64,000 nt of DNA from Escherichia coli. GTDB taxonomy: Bacteria > Pseudomonadota > Gammaproteobacteria > Enterobacterales > Enterobacteriaceae. Location of the stretch: the NCBI RefSeq assembly GCF_022846255.1, contig NZ_AP025682.1; one strand, written 5' to 3'. The notes under the pieces are model-generated. The model ran no database searches and was not told the DNA's origin. It saw only the letters and a list, made by a program, of their open reading frames with translations. A program made the position numbers and the translations under genes. Of this stretch, positions 14,171 through 25,415 are shown one piece after another. How positions within the stretch are numbered: the first letter of the stretch is position 1; each line of letters begins with the position of its first letter.

Positions 14171-14690
14171 ACACTGCCGGATGCGGCACAAGTGCCTTAT
14201 CCGGCCTACAGGTCAGCAACAGTTGTAGCCCTGATAAGACGCGACAGCGTCGCATCAGGCATTGATTGCCGGATGCGGCACGAGTGCCTTATCCGGCCTA
14301 CGGGTCGGCAATAGTTGTAGGCCTGATAAGACGCGACAGCGTCGCATCAGGCATTGATTGCCGGATGCGGCACGAGCGCCATATCCGGCCTACGGGTCGG
14401 CAATAGTTGTAGGCCTGATAAGACGCGACAGCGTCGCATCAGGCATTGATTGCCGGATGCGGCACGAGTGCCTTATCCGGCCTACGGGTCAGCAACAGTT
14501 GTAGGCCTGATAAGACGCGACAGCGTCGCATCAGGCATTGATTGCCGGATGCGGCACAAGTGCCTTATCCGGCCTACGGGTCGGCAATAGTTGTAGGCCT
14601 GATAAGACGCGACAGCGTCGCATCAGGCATTGATTGCCGGATGCGGCACGAGTGCCTTATCCGGCCTACGGGTCGTGCATCCGACAACAC
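14171..14690. repeat. BIME tandem array (REP pairs) filling the rhaA–rhaD intergenic region
   Basis: Unit gccggatgcggcac(a/g)agtgccttatccggcctacgggtc(a/g)gcaa(c/t)agttgtaggcctgataagacgcgacagcgtcgcatcaggcattgatt recurs with a ~93-bp period; starts at about 14177, 14270, 14363, 14450, 14543 and 14636. Confidence 0.8.
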
Positions 14691-14712
14691 CGAATTAACA
14701 GGAACACAGAAC

Positions 14713-15537
14713 ATGCAAAACATAACCCAGTCCTGGTTTGTCCAGGGAATGATCAAAGCCACCACCGATGCCTGGCTGAAAGGCTGGGACGAGCGCAACG
14801 GCGGCAACCTGACGCTGCGCCTGGATGACGCCGATATCGCACCATATCACGACATTTTTCACCAACAACCGCGCTATATCCCGCTCAGCCAGCCCATGCC
14901 TTTACTGGCAAATACACCGTTTATTGTCACCGGCTCGGGCAAATTCTTCCGTAACGTCCAGCTTGATCCTGCGGCTAACTTAGGCATCGTAAAAGTCGAC
15001 AGCGACGGCGCGGGCTACCACATTCTTTGGGGGTTAACCAACGAAGCCGTCCCCACTTCCGAACTTCCGGCTCACTTTCTCTCCCACTGCGAGCGCATTA
15101 AAGCCACCAACGGTAAAGATCGGGTGATCATGCACTGCCATGCCACCAACCTGATCGCCCTTACCTACGTACTGGAAAACGACACCGCGGTCTTCACTCG
15201 CCAGCTTTGGGAAGGCAGCACCGAGTGTCTGGTAGTGTTCCCGGATGGCGTTGGAATTCTGCCGTGGATGGTGCCCGGCACGGACGAAATCGGCCAGGCG
15301 ACCGCACAGGAAATGCAAAAACATTCGCTGGTGTTGTGGCCCTTCCACGGCGTCTTCGGCAGCGGTCCGACACTGGATGAAACATTCGGTTTAATCGACA
15401 CCGCAGAAAAATCAGCACAAATATTAGTGAAGGTTTATTCGATGGGCGGCATGAAACAGACCATCAGCCGTGAAGAGTTGATAGCACTCGGCCAGCGTTT
15501 CGGCGTTACACCACTCGCCAGTGCGCTGGCGCTGTAA
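14713..15537 (+). CDS. rhaD: Rhamnulose-1-phosphate aldolase
   Basis: [39 protein letters not shown]...; 274 aa from the internal Met; the listed ORF start lies inside the BIME array and is spurious. Confidence 0.9.
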   Translation: MQNITQSWFVQGMIKATTDAWLKGWDERNGGNLTLRLDDADIAPYHDIFHQQPRYIPLSQPMPLLANTPFIVTGSGKFFRNVQLDPAANLGIVKVDSDGAGYHILWGLTNEAVPTSELPAHFLSHCERIKATNGKDRVIMHCHATNLIALTYVLENDTAVFTRQLWEGSTECLVVFPDGVGILPWMVPGTDEIGQATAQEMQKHSLVLWPFHGVFGSGPTLDETFGLIDTAEKSAQILVKVYSMGGMKQTISREELIALGQRFGVTPLASALAL

Positions 15538-15546
15538 GGAGCAAAC

Positions 15547-15861
15547 ATGATCCGCAAAGCCTTTGTCATGCAGGTAAACCCCGACGCCCACGAAGAGTAT
15601 CAGCGTCGGCATAATCCCATCTGGCCGGAACTGGAAGCCGTGCTGAAATCTCACGGTGCGCATAACTACGCCATCTATCTCGACAAAGCGCGTAATCTGC
15701 TATTTGCCACGATAGAGATTGAATCTGAAGAGCGGTGGAATGCGGTTGCCAGTACAGATGTTTGCCAACGTTGGTGGAAGTATATGACCGACGTTATGCC
15801 AGCTAACCCGGATAACAGCCCAGTCAGTAGCGAGCTGCAAGAAGTGTTTTACCTACCTTAA
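15547..15861 (+). CDS. rhaM: L-rhamnose mutarotase
   Basis: [46 protein letters not shown]...; 104 aa. Confidence 0.9.
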   Translation: MIRKAFVMQVNPDAHEEYQRRHNPIWPELEAVLKSHGAHNYAIYLDKARNLLFATIEIESEERWNAVASTDVCQRWWKYMTDVMPANPDNSPVSSELQEVFYLP

Positions 15862-15901
15862 TGAGTTGCGGTGCCGGAAAATATCCAGCACCGCGCCTTC
15901 A

Positions 15902-17296
15902 TCAGAAGAAGTATTTAAAGCGAACGCGTGCGCCGTAACGGTCATCAGTATCATCACCGTGTTTTTTATCACCGTCGCTATCCAGAATGGAGTAATAAGT
16001 ACCAAGGTAAATATTAAAGTTCTCCATATCCATCACATTAGCGAACTGGTAAGACGCATGAATGGTGTGAATGGTGTACGTCCCTTCATCATCAATCCAG
16101 CAGTCGTTATCACAAACTACACCGCTGAATTCATCAATCTTATTGTGCGCGTAGATATAACCCAGCTCGAAACGTTTCCACAGCGCGTTAATCCCGGCAG
16201 TGAAATCTTTCTCATTATTAGCATCTAAATAGGCGGTATTAAGATTAACCACGACGCCATTTTCCGGATCCGTTTTCAGGCCATTCCAGGTCATGCTCAT
16301 ACCATAGCCGGTACGATCGGACTGATCGACAAAATTACCCTTGCTATCGGTATAACCATAAGCATTATTTACCATATTCGCTTCCATCGCTGCGGAAACG
16401 GTGAATTCTTCCGTCGGCGACCAGGCAATTACCGGACGCAGATAAGCAACATTTTTCTGCTGTTCCATATCGCGTCCATGATAATTACCGTCGTTATATA
16501 AAGATGTTCCATCTTCCAGTAACGTGTTTAATTCAAAATACCAGTTATCGAGTTGTTTGCTGACGAGGAAATTACCGCCAGCGTTAGAACGTCCGCGGCC
16601 CTCTTTCATCATATAGATATAACCGCTGCCATCGTCATAAAGATCGTTCGCAGTATTACCGGAATGTTCAACAAAGGTATCCTGACTCAGCGGGAACATA
16701 TCGTAGGCTTCAAAACGGCCTACTTTGACCTTCCAGTCGTTTTCTTTGCCAAAGAAGAAAACCGCATCATCGATATTTACTGAACCGTGCATATCCCCCA
16801 GCGGTTGTACGGAGAACCCAGCGAAATAGCCATTATCCAGTTTTCGCATACCATCAAAACCTAACAGAATACGACCATTGAGATTCCACTGTTCATTAGT
16901 GGGATCGCTATTCACATCAGCGTTGGTCATTGCCAGCAGGCCATGATTACTTTCCGCATCCATATTAAATTCTACGTCACCGTAGATTTTTAAATCGCCA
17001 TACCCTGAAAGCAGGAGATTAGGCGGGGTGGCGTTTTTCTTCTCTGACTCCGTCGTTGATTGACCGTTTACCGGCGTGTTGCCCTGTGCGATCTTAATTT
17101 CGCGGATCTCGGCGGCTTGTTGTGTCTGAAGCTGTTTAACCTGCCCCTCTGCTTTTGCTGCCCGCATTTCTGCCGCTTCCAGGCGTTCTTCCAGCAATGC
17201 CATGCGTTGTTCCAGCGTTAAATGCTGTGTTTTTGCCATACCGGTACTACATGCCAATAATAAACCGATGGCTAAAGATAATGTCGATTTTTTCAT
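15902..17296 (-). CDS. Outer-membrane carbohydrate porin with N-terminal coiled-coil (LamB/ScrY-like); not in K-12 at this locus
   Basis: Signal peptide MKKSTLSLAIGLLLACSTGMA, then a coiled-coil (LEQRMALLEERLEAAEMRAAKAEGQVKQLQTQQAAEIREIK), then a beta-rich body ending in aromatic ...RFKYFF typical of OM beta-barrels; lower-GC gene. Confidence 0.65.
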   Translation of the reverse strand: MKKSTLSLAIGLLLACSTGMAKTQHLTLEQRMALLEERLEAAEMRAAKAEGQVKQLQTQQAAEIREIKIAQGNTPVNGQSTTESEKKNATPPNLLLSGYGDLKIYGDVEFNMDAESNHGLLAMTNADVNSDPTNEQWNLNGRILLGFDGMRKLDNGYFAGFSVQPLGDMHGSVNIDDAVFFFGKENDWKVKVGRFEAYDMFPLSQDTFVEHSGNTANDLYDDGSGYIYMMKEGRGRSNAGGNFLVSKQLDNWYFELNTLLEDGTSLYNDGNYHGRDMEQQKNVAYLRPVIAWSPTEEFTVSAAMEANMVNNAYGYTDSKGNFVDQSDRTGYGMSMTWNGLKTDPENGVVVNLNTAYLDANNEKDFTAGINALWKRFELGYIYAHNKIDEFSGVVCDNDCWIDDEGTYTIHTIHASYQFANVMDMENFNIYLGTYYSILDSDGDKKHGDDTDDRYGARVRFKYFF

Positions 17297-17649
17297 TATT
17301 TACGTTCCCTGAAATAAAGGAGACCCTACGCTTTCCAAAAGGAATACGTATATAGAGAAATATAAGGTGTGCACTTTCGAATTTTTAATCCAACTTCAGC
17401 AGGCCGATGGATAGTATCCCGCTGCATAATATGAGTAAATCCGCTGATTTCCTGGAACGTGAGGAATATAACAATAGTGCCGTTTTTAACTAAATATCGT
17501 AAAAAATATTAGATATAATTCACGCTGACTCATAAGCCACAAATATAAATAACGCTTAAACAAATTATCTGAGACATTTTAACATTCACAAAATCATTAA
17601 ATAATGATACTTTATTCACAAAATTTATCCTTCACTCTGCTTTATATTG

Positions 17650-18204
17650 TTACGACTTCGTGACATATCCGTGCTCATCACAAACCCGCCCCGCGATTAC
17701 AATTAACTGAAATATTTCATCGACCATTTCGTTGTAATCGCATAACGCTCGTGGAAATGAGTCTTCGGCCATCCAGCTTGAGTTTGCGTCCTGAAGTTGC
17801 TCTTTATCCCAGTCAGAGTACGGGACTTTATCTCTGATGCGGCGAACGTATTTTTTAGCCTCGAGTTGATACTGGCCTGCCGAATTAATAAACGAGAAAC
17901 TCATGCCGCTTTTATCCGCTTCTTTGGCTTGCGCCACCAGCGTTTCCAGTTCAGACACTTTCTTCATTGCCGCTTCTGCATCTAACTTATCTTGCGATAT
18001 CAGGTTATTAATTTGTTTCGCTGAAATCATGACTGCCAGAGAGTAGTAGTGGAATGTTTTCCCTTTCGCAAACGCATCGTCTTTATAATTTTCCTGGGTG
18101 TAATATTTATCCATTTCGTTAATGGTATTACCCAACGCTACGGCAGCATCAATATAACTCACCGCCACGCCATCAATAGGTTGCAGCGCAGGCGTTAACG
18201 CCAC
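17650..18204 (-). CDS. Hypothetical protein (~184 aa, GTG start); sits where K-12 has yiiG but has no signal peptide
   Basis: ORF MALTPALQPIDGVAVSYIDAAVALGNTINEMDKYY...; in-frame stop 27 codons upstream leaves no room for a longer N-terminus; function unknown. Confidence 0.4.
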   Translation of the reverse strand: MALTPALQPIDGVAVSYIDAAVALGNTINEMDKYYTQENYKDDAFAKGKTFHYYSLAVMISAKQINNLISQDKLDAEAAMKKVSELETLVAQAKEADKSGMSFSFINSAGQYQLEAKKYVRRIRDKVPYSDWDKEQLQDANSSWMAEDSFPRALCDYNEMVDEIFQLIVIAGRVCDEHGYVTKS

Positions 18205-18291
18205 TACACGCGTTTTGTTTATGAGAAAATAACAAAATTCACGAAATGAATAAGTCCTGTAATTTAATATATATCGCAGGACTTATTTTAA

Positions 18292-19125
18292 TTAATTGCT
18301 CAAACGCTGCGGATGGGTATAAACCGTTGCCCGACCCGGTTTACAAAAGCCCACCAGCGTCAGATTACAGCGCTCAGCCACTTCTACAGCAAGTGTGGTC
18401 GCGGCAGACACCGCAAACAAAATCTCTACGCCGCACATCGCCGACTTTTGCACCATTTCATAACTGGCACGGCTGGAAACCAGCACCGCACCTTGCTGCC
18501 AGCTTTCCCCTTCTTGTGACCGGCGGCCTAACAGTTTGTCCAGCGCCACATGGCGACCCACGTCTTCATGCCCGCCGACCAGTTCGCCAGATGGCAACAT
18601 CCATGCAGCGGCGTGAGTACAACCAGTCAGTTGCCCCACTGGCTGGAAATCATTGAGATGACGTAATGCATCATCCAGTTTGTTGAGATCAAACATCTGG
18701 GTGAACGGCAGCGGCTGCACCGGTTTACCGATATCGTTAAGCTGTTCTACACCGCATACGCCACAGCCCGTACGTCCCGCCAGCGCCCGGCGGCGCTCCT
18801 TCAACCCCATAAAGCGGCGGCTGGAAAGCTCAATTTGTACTTCCAGGCCATTACAGGAAGGAACGACATCCATGCCGAAGATATCGCGCGGGCTTTCGAT
18901 AATTCCTTCGGAAAGCGAAAAACCGAGCGCAAAGTACTCAAGGTCTTTGGGCGACGCCATCATCACCACATGCGAAATACCGTTGTAGACCAGCGCAACG
19001 GGAACTTCTTCCGCCACCTCATCTAACCGTGGGTGTTGTAAATCATCACGCCGCCATAACTCAATTTGACGAACACCTGTGATATTTGTCACATTTTCGA
19101 TTTCTTTTTGCTGTGTTTTTTTCAC
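18292..19125 (-). CDS. fdhD: Formate dehydrogenase sulfurtransferase/accessory protein FdhD
   Basis: [59 protein letters not shown]...; 277 aa; divergent from fdoG. Confidence 0.9.
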   Translation of the reverse strand: MKKTQQKEIENVTNITGVRQIELWRRDDLQHPRLDEVAEEVPVALVYNGISHVVMMASPKDLEYFALGFSLSEGIIESPRDIFGMDVVPSCNGLEVQIELSSRRFMGLKERRRALAGRTGCGVCGVEQLNDIGKPVQPLPFTQMFDLNKLDDALRHLNDFQPVGQLTGCTHAAAWMLPSGELVGGHEDVGRHVALDKLLGRRSQEGESWQQGAVLVSSRASYEMVQKSAMCGVEILFAVSAATTLAVEVAERCNLTLVGFCKPGRATVYTHPQRLSN

Positions 19126-19318
19126 TTTCTCTTAACCAGATAAGAACACACACACCAACATTATGGTATTCTGTTACAAACCCTTCCTGGATGGAGGGAA
19201 ATTGAGCCAATTCTGGACCTTTGCGGCCCCTTCCGCAAAGAAAAATAACTCCCACTCCCTGCACACTCAGCAAGCGAATGTAAATGGGACGTGACAATGT
19301 CGAAACAAGGAGCAATCC

Positions 19319-22300
19319 ATGCAGGTCAGCAGAAGGCAGTTCTTTAAGATCTGCGCTGGCGGTATGGCAGGCACCACGGCGGCGGCACTGGGTTTTGCAC
19401 CCAGCGTAGCACTCGCGGAAACCCGGCAGTATAAACTGCTGCGCACCCGCGAAACCCGTAATACCTGCACCTATTGTTCCGTAGGCTGTGGGCTGTTGAT
19501 GTACAGCCTCGGTGACGGAGCAAAAAACGCCAAAGCATCTATCTTCCATATCGAAGGTGACCCGGATCACCCGGTCAACCGCGGAGCACTTTGTCCGAAA
19601 GGCGCTGGCCTGGTGGATTTCATCCACTCCGAAAGCCGTCTGAAGTTTCCGGAATACCGTGCGCCAGGTTCTGATAAATGGCAGCAAATCAGTTGGGAAG
19701 AGGCGTTTGATCGCATCGCCAAACTGATGAAAGAAGACCGCGATGCAAACTACATTGCGCAAAACGCCGAAGGCGTGACTGTTAACCGCTGGCTCTCCAC
19801 CGGGATGCTGTGTGCTTCCGCGTCGAGTAACGAAACCGGCTATTTAACGCAAAAATTCTCCCGCGCGCTGGGTATGCTCGCGGTCGACAACCAGGCGCGT
19901 GTCTGACACGGACCAACGGTAGCAAGTCTTGCTCCAACATTTGGTCGCGGTGCGATGACCAACCACTGGGTCGACATCAAGAATGCCAACCTCGTCGTGG
20001 TGATGGGCGGTAACGCCGCTGAAGCTCACCCGGTCGGGTTCCGCTGGGCGATGGAAGCCAAAATTCACAACGGCGCGAAGCTGATTGTGATCGATCCTCG
20101 CTTTACGCGTACGGCGGCGGTGGCTGACTACTATGCCCCTATCCGTTCCGGTACTGACATTGCTTTCCTGTCAGGCGTATTGCTGTACCTGCTGAACAAT
20201 GAAAAATTCAACCGCGAATACACCGAAGCCTATACCAACGCCAGCCTGATCGTGCGTGAGGATTACGGCTTTGAAGATGGCCTGTTCACCGGCTACGACG
20301 CGGAAAAACGCAAGTACGATAAGTCCACCTGGACTTACGAACTGGACGAAAACGGCTTCGCCAAACGCGATACTACCCTGCAACATCCACGTTGCGTGTG
20401 GAACTTGCTGAAACAGCACGTTTCCCGCTACACGCCAGATGTGGTTGAAAACATCTGTGGTACGCCAAAAGACGCATTCCTGAAAGTCTGCGAATACATC
20501 GCCGAAACCAGTGCTCACGATAAAACAGCGTCGTTCCTCTACGCCCTCGGCTGGACGCAACACTCCATCGGTGCGCAGAACATCCGTACGATGGCGATGA
20601 TCCAGTTGCTGCTCGGCAATATGGGGATGGCTGGCGGCGGCGTTAACGCCCTGCGCGGTCACTCCAATATTCAGGGGCTGACCGACCTGGGGCTGCTGTC
20701 GCAGAGTCTGCCAGGTTACATGACGTTGCCAAGCGAGAAGCAGACCGATCTGCAAACTTACCTCGCTGCCAACACGCCAAAACCACTGCTGGAAGGCCAG
20801 GTCAACTACTGGGGCAACTACCCGAAATTCTTCGTCTCAATGATGAAGGCATTCTTTGGTGATAAAGCGACGGCGGAAAATAGCTGGGGCTTTGACTGGT
20901 TGCCGAAGTGGGATAAAGGCTACGACGTCCTGCAATACTTCGAGATGATGAAAGAGGGCAAGGTCAATGGCTATATCTGCCAGGGCTTTAACCCTGTTGC
21001 CTCATTCCCGAACAAAAACAAAGTGATCGGCTGTCTGTCGAAGCTGAAATTCCTCGTAACTATCGACCCGCTGAACACTGAAACCTCTAACTTCTGGCAG
21101 AACCACGGTGAGCTGAACGAAGTTGACTCGTCGAAGATCCAGACCGAAGTGTTCCGTCTGCCATCGACCTGCTTCGCGGAAGAGAACGGTTCAATCGTTA
21201 ACTCTGGTCGCTGGTTGCAATGGCACTGGAAAGGTGCGGACGCCCCGGGGATTGCGCTGACTGATGGCGAGATCCTCTCCGGTATCTTCCTGCGCTTGCG
21301 CAAGATGTATGCCGAACAGGGTGGTGCGAACCCGGACCAGGTGCTGAACATGACCTGGAACTACGCCATTCCGCATGAGCCATCTTCAGAAGAAGTGGCA
21401 ATGGAGAGCAACGGCAAAGCGCTGGCCGATATTACCGACCCGGCAACCGGTGCGGTTATCGTCAAGAAAGGCCAACAACTTAGCTCGTTCGCCCAACTGC
21501 GCGATGACGGTACAACCTCCTGTGGCTGCTGGATTTTCGCCGGTAGCTGGACGCCGGAAGGCAACCAGATGGCGCGTCGTGATAACGCCGATCCGTCTGG
21601 CCTCGGTAACACGCTGGGCTGGGCATGGGCATGGCCGCTTAACCGCCGCATTCTGTATAACCGCGCCTCCGCAGATCCGCAGGGTAACCCATGGGATCCG
21701 AAGCGTCAGTTGCTGAAATGGGACGGCACTAAGTGGACCGGCTGGGATATTCCGGATTACAGCGCAGCGCCTCCGGGCAGCGGCGTAGGGCCGTTTATCA
21801 TGCAGCAGGAAGGCATGGGACGTCTGTTTGCCCTCGATAAGATGGCGGAAGGTCCGTTCCCGGAACACTACGAGCCGTTTGAAACGCCGCTGGGAACTAA
21901 CCCGCTGCATCCAAACGTTATCTCGAACCCGGCGGCGCGTATCTTTAAAGACGACGCCGAAGCATTGGGTAAAGCCGATAAGTTCCCGTATGTCGGAACC
22001 ACCTATCGTCTGACCGAGCACTTCCACTACTGGACCAAACACGCGCTGTTGAATGCGATTTTGCAACCAGAGCAGTTTGTGGAAATCGGGGAGTCGCTGG
22101 CGAATAAACTTGGCATTGCCCAGGGCGATACTGTGAAAGTCTCCTCCAACCGTGGCTATATCAAAGCCAAAGCGGTAGTGACCAAACGTATTCGCACGCT
22201 GAAAGCAAACGGCAAAGATATCGATACCATCGGTATTCCGATTCACTGGGGCTATGAAGGTGTTGCGAAAAAAGGCTTTATTGCCAATACGTTGACGCCA

Positions 22301-22369
22301 TTCGTCGGTGATGCGAACACGCAGACGCCGGAGTTTAAGTCCTTCCTTGTGAATGTGGAAAAGGTGTAA
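19319..22369 (+). CDS. fdoG: Formate dehydrogenase-O catalytic subunit (selenoprotein; in-frame TGA at 19904-19906 read as selenocysteine)
   Basis: ORFs 19319..19906 and 19955..22369 are in the same frame, separated only by TGA; Tat signal MQVSRRQFFKICAGGMAGTTAAALG; Fe-S motif CTYCSVGC; total 1016 codons. Confidence 0.9.
19907..19955 (+). promoter_or_regulatory. Putative SECIS stem-loop directing Sec insertion at the fdoG UGA
   Basis: Immediately 3' of the in-frame TGA: cacggaccaacggtagcaagtcttgctccaacatttggtcgcg contains complementary segments (agcaagtcttgct); folding not computed. Confidence 0.5.
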
Positions 22370-22381
22370 CGGAGACGACAT

Positions 22382-23284
22382 ATGGCTTATCAATCGCAAG
22401 ATATCATTCGTCGTTCCGCGACTAACGGTCTGACCCCCGCGCCTCAGGCGCGGGACTTCCAGGAAGAAGTGGCGAAACTCATCGACGTTACCACCTGTAT
22501 CGGCTGTAAAGCCTGTCAGGTGGCGTGTTCAGAGTGGAACGACATTCGCGATACCGTCGGCAATAACATTGGGGTGTACGACAACCCCAATGATTTAAGT
22601 GCCAAATCGTGGACGGTGATGCGATTCTCGGAAGTGGAGCAGAACGACAAACTGGAATGGCTGATCCGCAAAGACGGCTGTATGCACTGTTCCGATCCAG
22701 GCTGCCTGAAAGCGTGCCCGGCGGAAGGGGCAATTATTCAGTATGCCAACGGTATCGTCGACTTCCAGTCCGAGCAGTGCATCGGCTGCGGTTATTGCAT
22801 TGCGGGCTGTCCGTTCGACATTCCGCGCCTCAACCCGGAAGACAACCGCGTCTACAAATGTACGTTGTGCGTTGACCGCGTGGTGGTTGGGCAAGAACCG
22901 GCCTGCGTGAAGACCTGCCCAACGGGCGCGATTCACTTCGGTACGAAAGAGTCGATGAAAACGCTGGCGAGCGAGCGCGTGGCGGAGCTGAAAACCCGTG
23001 GTTACGACAATGCGGGTTTGTACGACCCGGCAGGCGTCGGTGGTACACATGTTATGTACGTGCTGCACCATGCTGACAAGCCAAATCTGTATCATGGCTT
23101 GCCGGAGAACCCGGAAATCAGCGAAACCGTGAAATTCTGGAAAGGCATCTGGAAACCGCTCGCAGCTGTTGGCTTTGCGGCTACCTTCGCAGCCAGTATC
23201 TTCCACTACGTGGGTGTCGGTCCGAACCGTGCGGATGAGGAAGAGAATAATCTGCACGAAGAGAAAGACGAGGAGCGCAAATGA
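22382..23284 (+). CDS. fdoH: Formate dehydrogenase-O Fe-S subunit
   Basis: 300 aa; several CxxCxxCxxxCP ferredoxin motifs ([41 protein letters not shown]) and a C-terminal TM anchor. Confidence 0.95.
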
Positions 23285-23916
23285 AACGACGTGACACCAT
23301 CGTGCGCTACACCGCGCCGGAACGTATCAACCACTGGATCACCGCCTTCTGCTTCATCCTGGCGGCGGTGAGCGGGCTGGGCTTTTTGTTCCCGTCCTTC
23401 AACTGGTTGATGCAAATCATGGGCACACCGCAGCTGGCGCGCATTCTGCACCCGTTTGTCGGCGTGGTTATGTTTGCCTCGTTCATCATCATGTTTTTCC
23501 GTTACTGGCATCACAACCTAATCAATCGGGATGATATCTTTTGGGCGAAGAATATTCGTAAGATCGTCGTCAACGAGGAAGTAGGTGACACCGGGCGTTA
23601 TAACTTCGGTCAGAAATGCGTTTTCTGGGCGGCGATTATTTTCCTGGTTCTGCTGCTGGTGAGCGGCGTGATTATCTGGCGTCCTTATTTTGCGCCTGCT
23701 TTCTCAATCCCGGTGATCCGATTCGCGTTAATGCTGCATTCATTTGCCGCAGTGGCGTTAATTGTGGTTATCATGGTGCATATCTACGCCGCCCTTTGGG
23801 TGAAAGGCACGATTACCGCCATGGTGGAAGGATGGGTGACCAGCGCCTGGGCGAAGAAACATCACCCGCGCTGGTACCGTGAGGTCCGCAAGACAACGGA
23901 AAAGAAAGCTGAATGA
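23281..23916 (+). CDS. fdoI: Formate dehydrogenase-O cytochrome b556 subunit
   Basis: 211 aa; multi-TM; overlaps the fdoH stop (atga). Confidence 0.95.
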
Positions 23917-24842
23917 GTATTCGCATAATCCCGCAAGATGAGCTGGGTTCGAGCGAGAAACGTACGGCGGATATGATTCCGCCGTTATTGTTCCCTCGGC
24001 TCAAGAATTTATACAACCGCCGCGCCGAGCGTCTGCGCGAGCTGGCAGAAAATAATCCGCTGGGTGATTACCTGCGCTTTGCTGCGCTTATCGCCCACGC
24101 CCAGGAAGTGGTGCTGTACGACCATCCGCTGGAAATGGATTTGACCGCACGCATTAAAGAAGCCAGCGCACAAGGCAAGCCCCCGCTGGATATTCACGTT
24201 CTGCCGCGTGATAAGCACTGGCAAAAGCTGCTGATGGCGCTGATTGCTGAGCTGAAACCTGAAATGAGCGGCCCGGCGCTGGCAGTGATTGAGAATCTGG
24301 AGAAGGCATCGACTCAGGAGCTGGAAGATATGGCCAGCGCACTGTTTGCCTCTGATTTCTCGTCCGTCAGCAGCGATAAAGCGCCGTTTATCTGGGCTGC
24401 GCTGTCGCTCTATTGGGCGCAGATGGCTAATCTGATCCCCGGCAAAGCCCGCGCTGAATACGGCGAACAACGTCAATATTGCCCGGTATGTGGCTCTATG
24501 CCGGTGTCCAGCATGGTGCAAATTGGCACCACTCAGGGTCTGCGTTACCTGCACTGCAACCTGTGTGAAACTGAATGGCACGTAGTGCGCGTAAAATGCA
24601 GCAACTGTGAACAGAGCGGCAAACTGCATTACTGGTCGCTGGATGACGAACAGGCCGCGATTAAAGCCGAAAGCTGCGATGACTGCGGCACTTACCTGAA
24701 GATTCTTTATCAGGAAAAAGAACCGAAAGTTGAAGCCGTGGCAGATGACCTCGCCTCTCTGGTACTGGACGCGCGAATGGAGCAAGAAGGCTATGCCCGT
24801 AGTTCCATTAACCCGTTCCTGTTTCCGGGTGAAGGGGAGTAA
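23913..24842 (+). CDS. fdhE: Formate dehydrogenase formation protein FdhE
   Basis: 309 aa; paired CxxC motifs ([33 protein letters not shown]). Confidence 0.95.
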   Translation: MSIRIIPQDELGSSEKRTADMIPPLLFPRLKNLYNRRAERLRELAENNPLGDYLRFAALIAHAQEVVLYDHPLEMDLTARIKEASAQGKPPLDIHVLPRDKHWQKLLMALIAELKPEMSGPALAVIENLEKASTQELEDMASALFASDFSSVSSDKAPFIWAALSLYWAQMANLIPGKARAEYGEQRQYCPVCGSMPVSSMVQIGTTQGLRYLHCNLCETEWHVVRVKCSNCEQSGKLHYWSLDDEQAAIKAESCDDCGTYLKILYQEKEPKVEAVADDLASLVLDARMEQEGYARSSINPFLFPGEGE

Positions 24843-24930
24843 TCTCTGACGTTTTCCGGGTGGCGCTGGTCGCCCGGATTACAGCTCATAGGGTGTGACG
24901 ACACCTGCTATTCCCGCAAAATCTCTCGTA

Positions 24931-24975
24931 TTTCGCGAGGCGTTTTCCAGATATGATGTAACAGTTGCAGTTATT
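24931..24975. repeat. Copy A of a ~45-bp intergenic repeat
   Basis: tttcgcgaggcgttttccagatatgatgtaacagttgcagttatt; 36/45 identical to copy B; its 5' half matches copy C. Confidence 0.6.
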
Positions 24976-25057
24976 ATAAGTTCAAGTAAAACAGCCTTGT
25001 ATTAATACCAGAATAAGGGCATCTGGTTTTTTATATTCATGAATAAAAAAACTTTTG

Positions 25058-25276
25058 TCATTCCTTATGCTGCTTACATAGTTCTTCAACACCAACTGCC
25101 TCGTCCCTTTGCCTGCCGCCTTTTGCCTTACGCACCGGAAATTGCTGCCGCTCCAGATATTGCTCTACCGCTTCGCGTAAAATTGCAGAGCGCGAAACCT
25201 TACGCCATCCCCGAAGCTTGTTCAGCCGTTTAATTGCCTCTTCTGATAAATGAAGAAAAACCGTATTCATCGCCAT
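25058..25276 (-). CDS. yiiE: Ribbon-helix-helix (CopG-family) small regulator; I take it to be YiiE, but YiiE versus YiiF cannot be settled from memory
   Basis: MAMNTVFLHLSEEAIKRLNKLRGWRKVSRSAILREAVEQYLERQQ...; RHH beta-strand/helix pattern; 72 aa from the internal Met. Confidence 0.65.
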   Translation of the reverse strand: MAMNTVFLHLSEEAIKRLNKLRGWRKVSRSAILREAVEQYLERQQFPVRKAKGGRQRDEAVGVEELCKQHKE

Positions 25277-25370
25277 TACCACCACCTTACATATATTACT
25301 CATTAATGTATGTGCGAAAATTACGCCGGAAAGTTAATTAACGAAAGCGGATTTTTTCATATTGTTTTGT

Positions 25371-25415
25371 TTTTGCGAGACGGCATCCAAAGATAATGTA
25401 ACAGTTTCAGTTATT
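25371..25415. repeat. Copy B of the ~45-bp intergenic repeat
   Basis: ttttgcgagacggcatccaaagataatgtaacagtttcagttatt. Confidence 0.6.

Noticed and set aside
14171-14690. Possible CRISPR array, because of regularly spaced ~35-bp palindromes
   Set aside because: The whole ~93-bp unit repeats, including the would-be spacers; sequences are canonical REP/BIME; no cas genes nearby
14542-14712. N-terminal extension of rhaD (ORF called from 14542)
   Set aside because: The extension lies within the BIME repeat array; the authentic start is the Met of MQNITQSW at 14713
17297-17649. Possible mobile-element remnant or IS end in the AT-rich spacer upstream of the porin gene
   Set aside because: No terminal inverted repeats, target-site duplication or transposase fragment could be read; more likely a promoter/regulatory region of horizontally acquired DNA
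21386-22399. 337-aa minus-strand ORF (also 20171-20755 and 20971-21351)
   Set aside because: Antisense to fdoG; Arg/Gly-rich low-complexity translation characteristic of the reverse strand of a high-GC gene
24009-24785. 258-aa minus-strand ORF
   Set aside because: Antisense to fdhE, which has clear CxxC motifs and conserved synteny
25039-25233. 64-aa plus-strand ORF downstream of repeat copy A
   Set aside because: Overlaps almost entirely the RHH regulator gene on the opposite strand; no RBS or recognisable fold; kept only as context for the repeat finding
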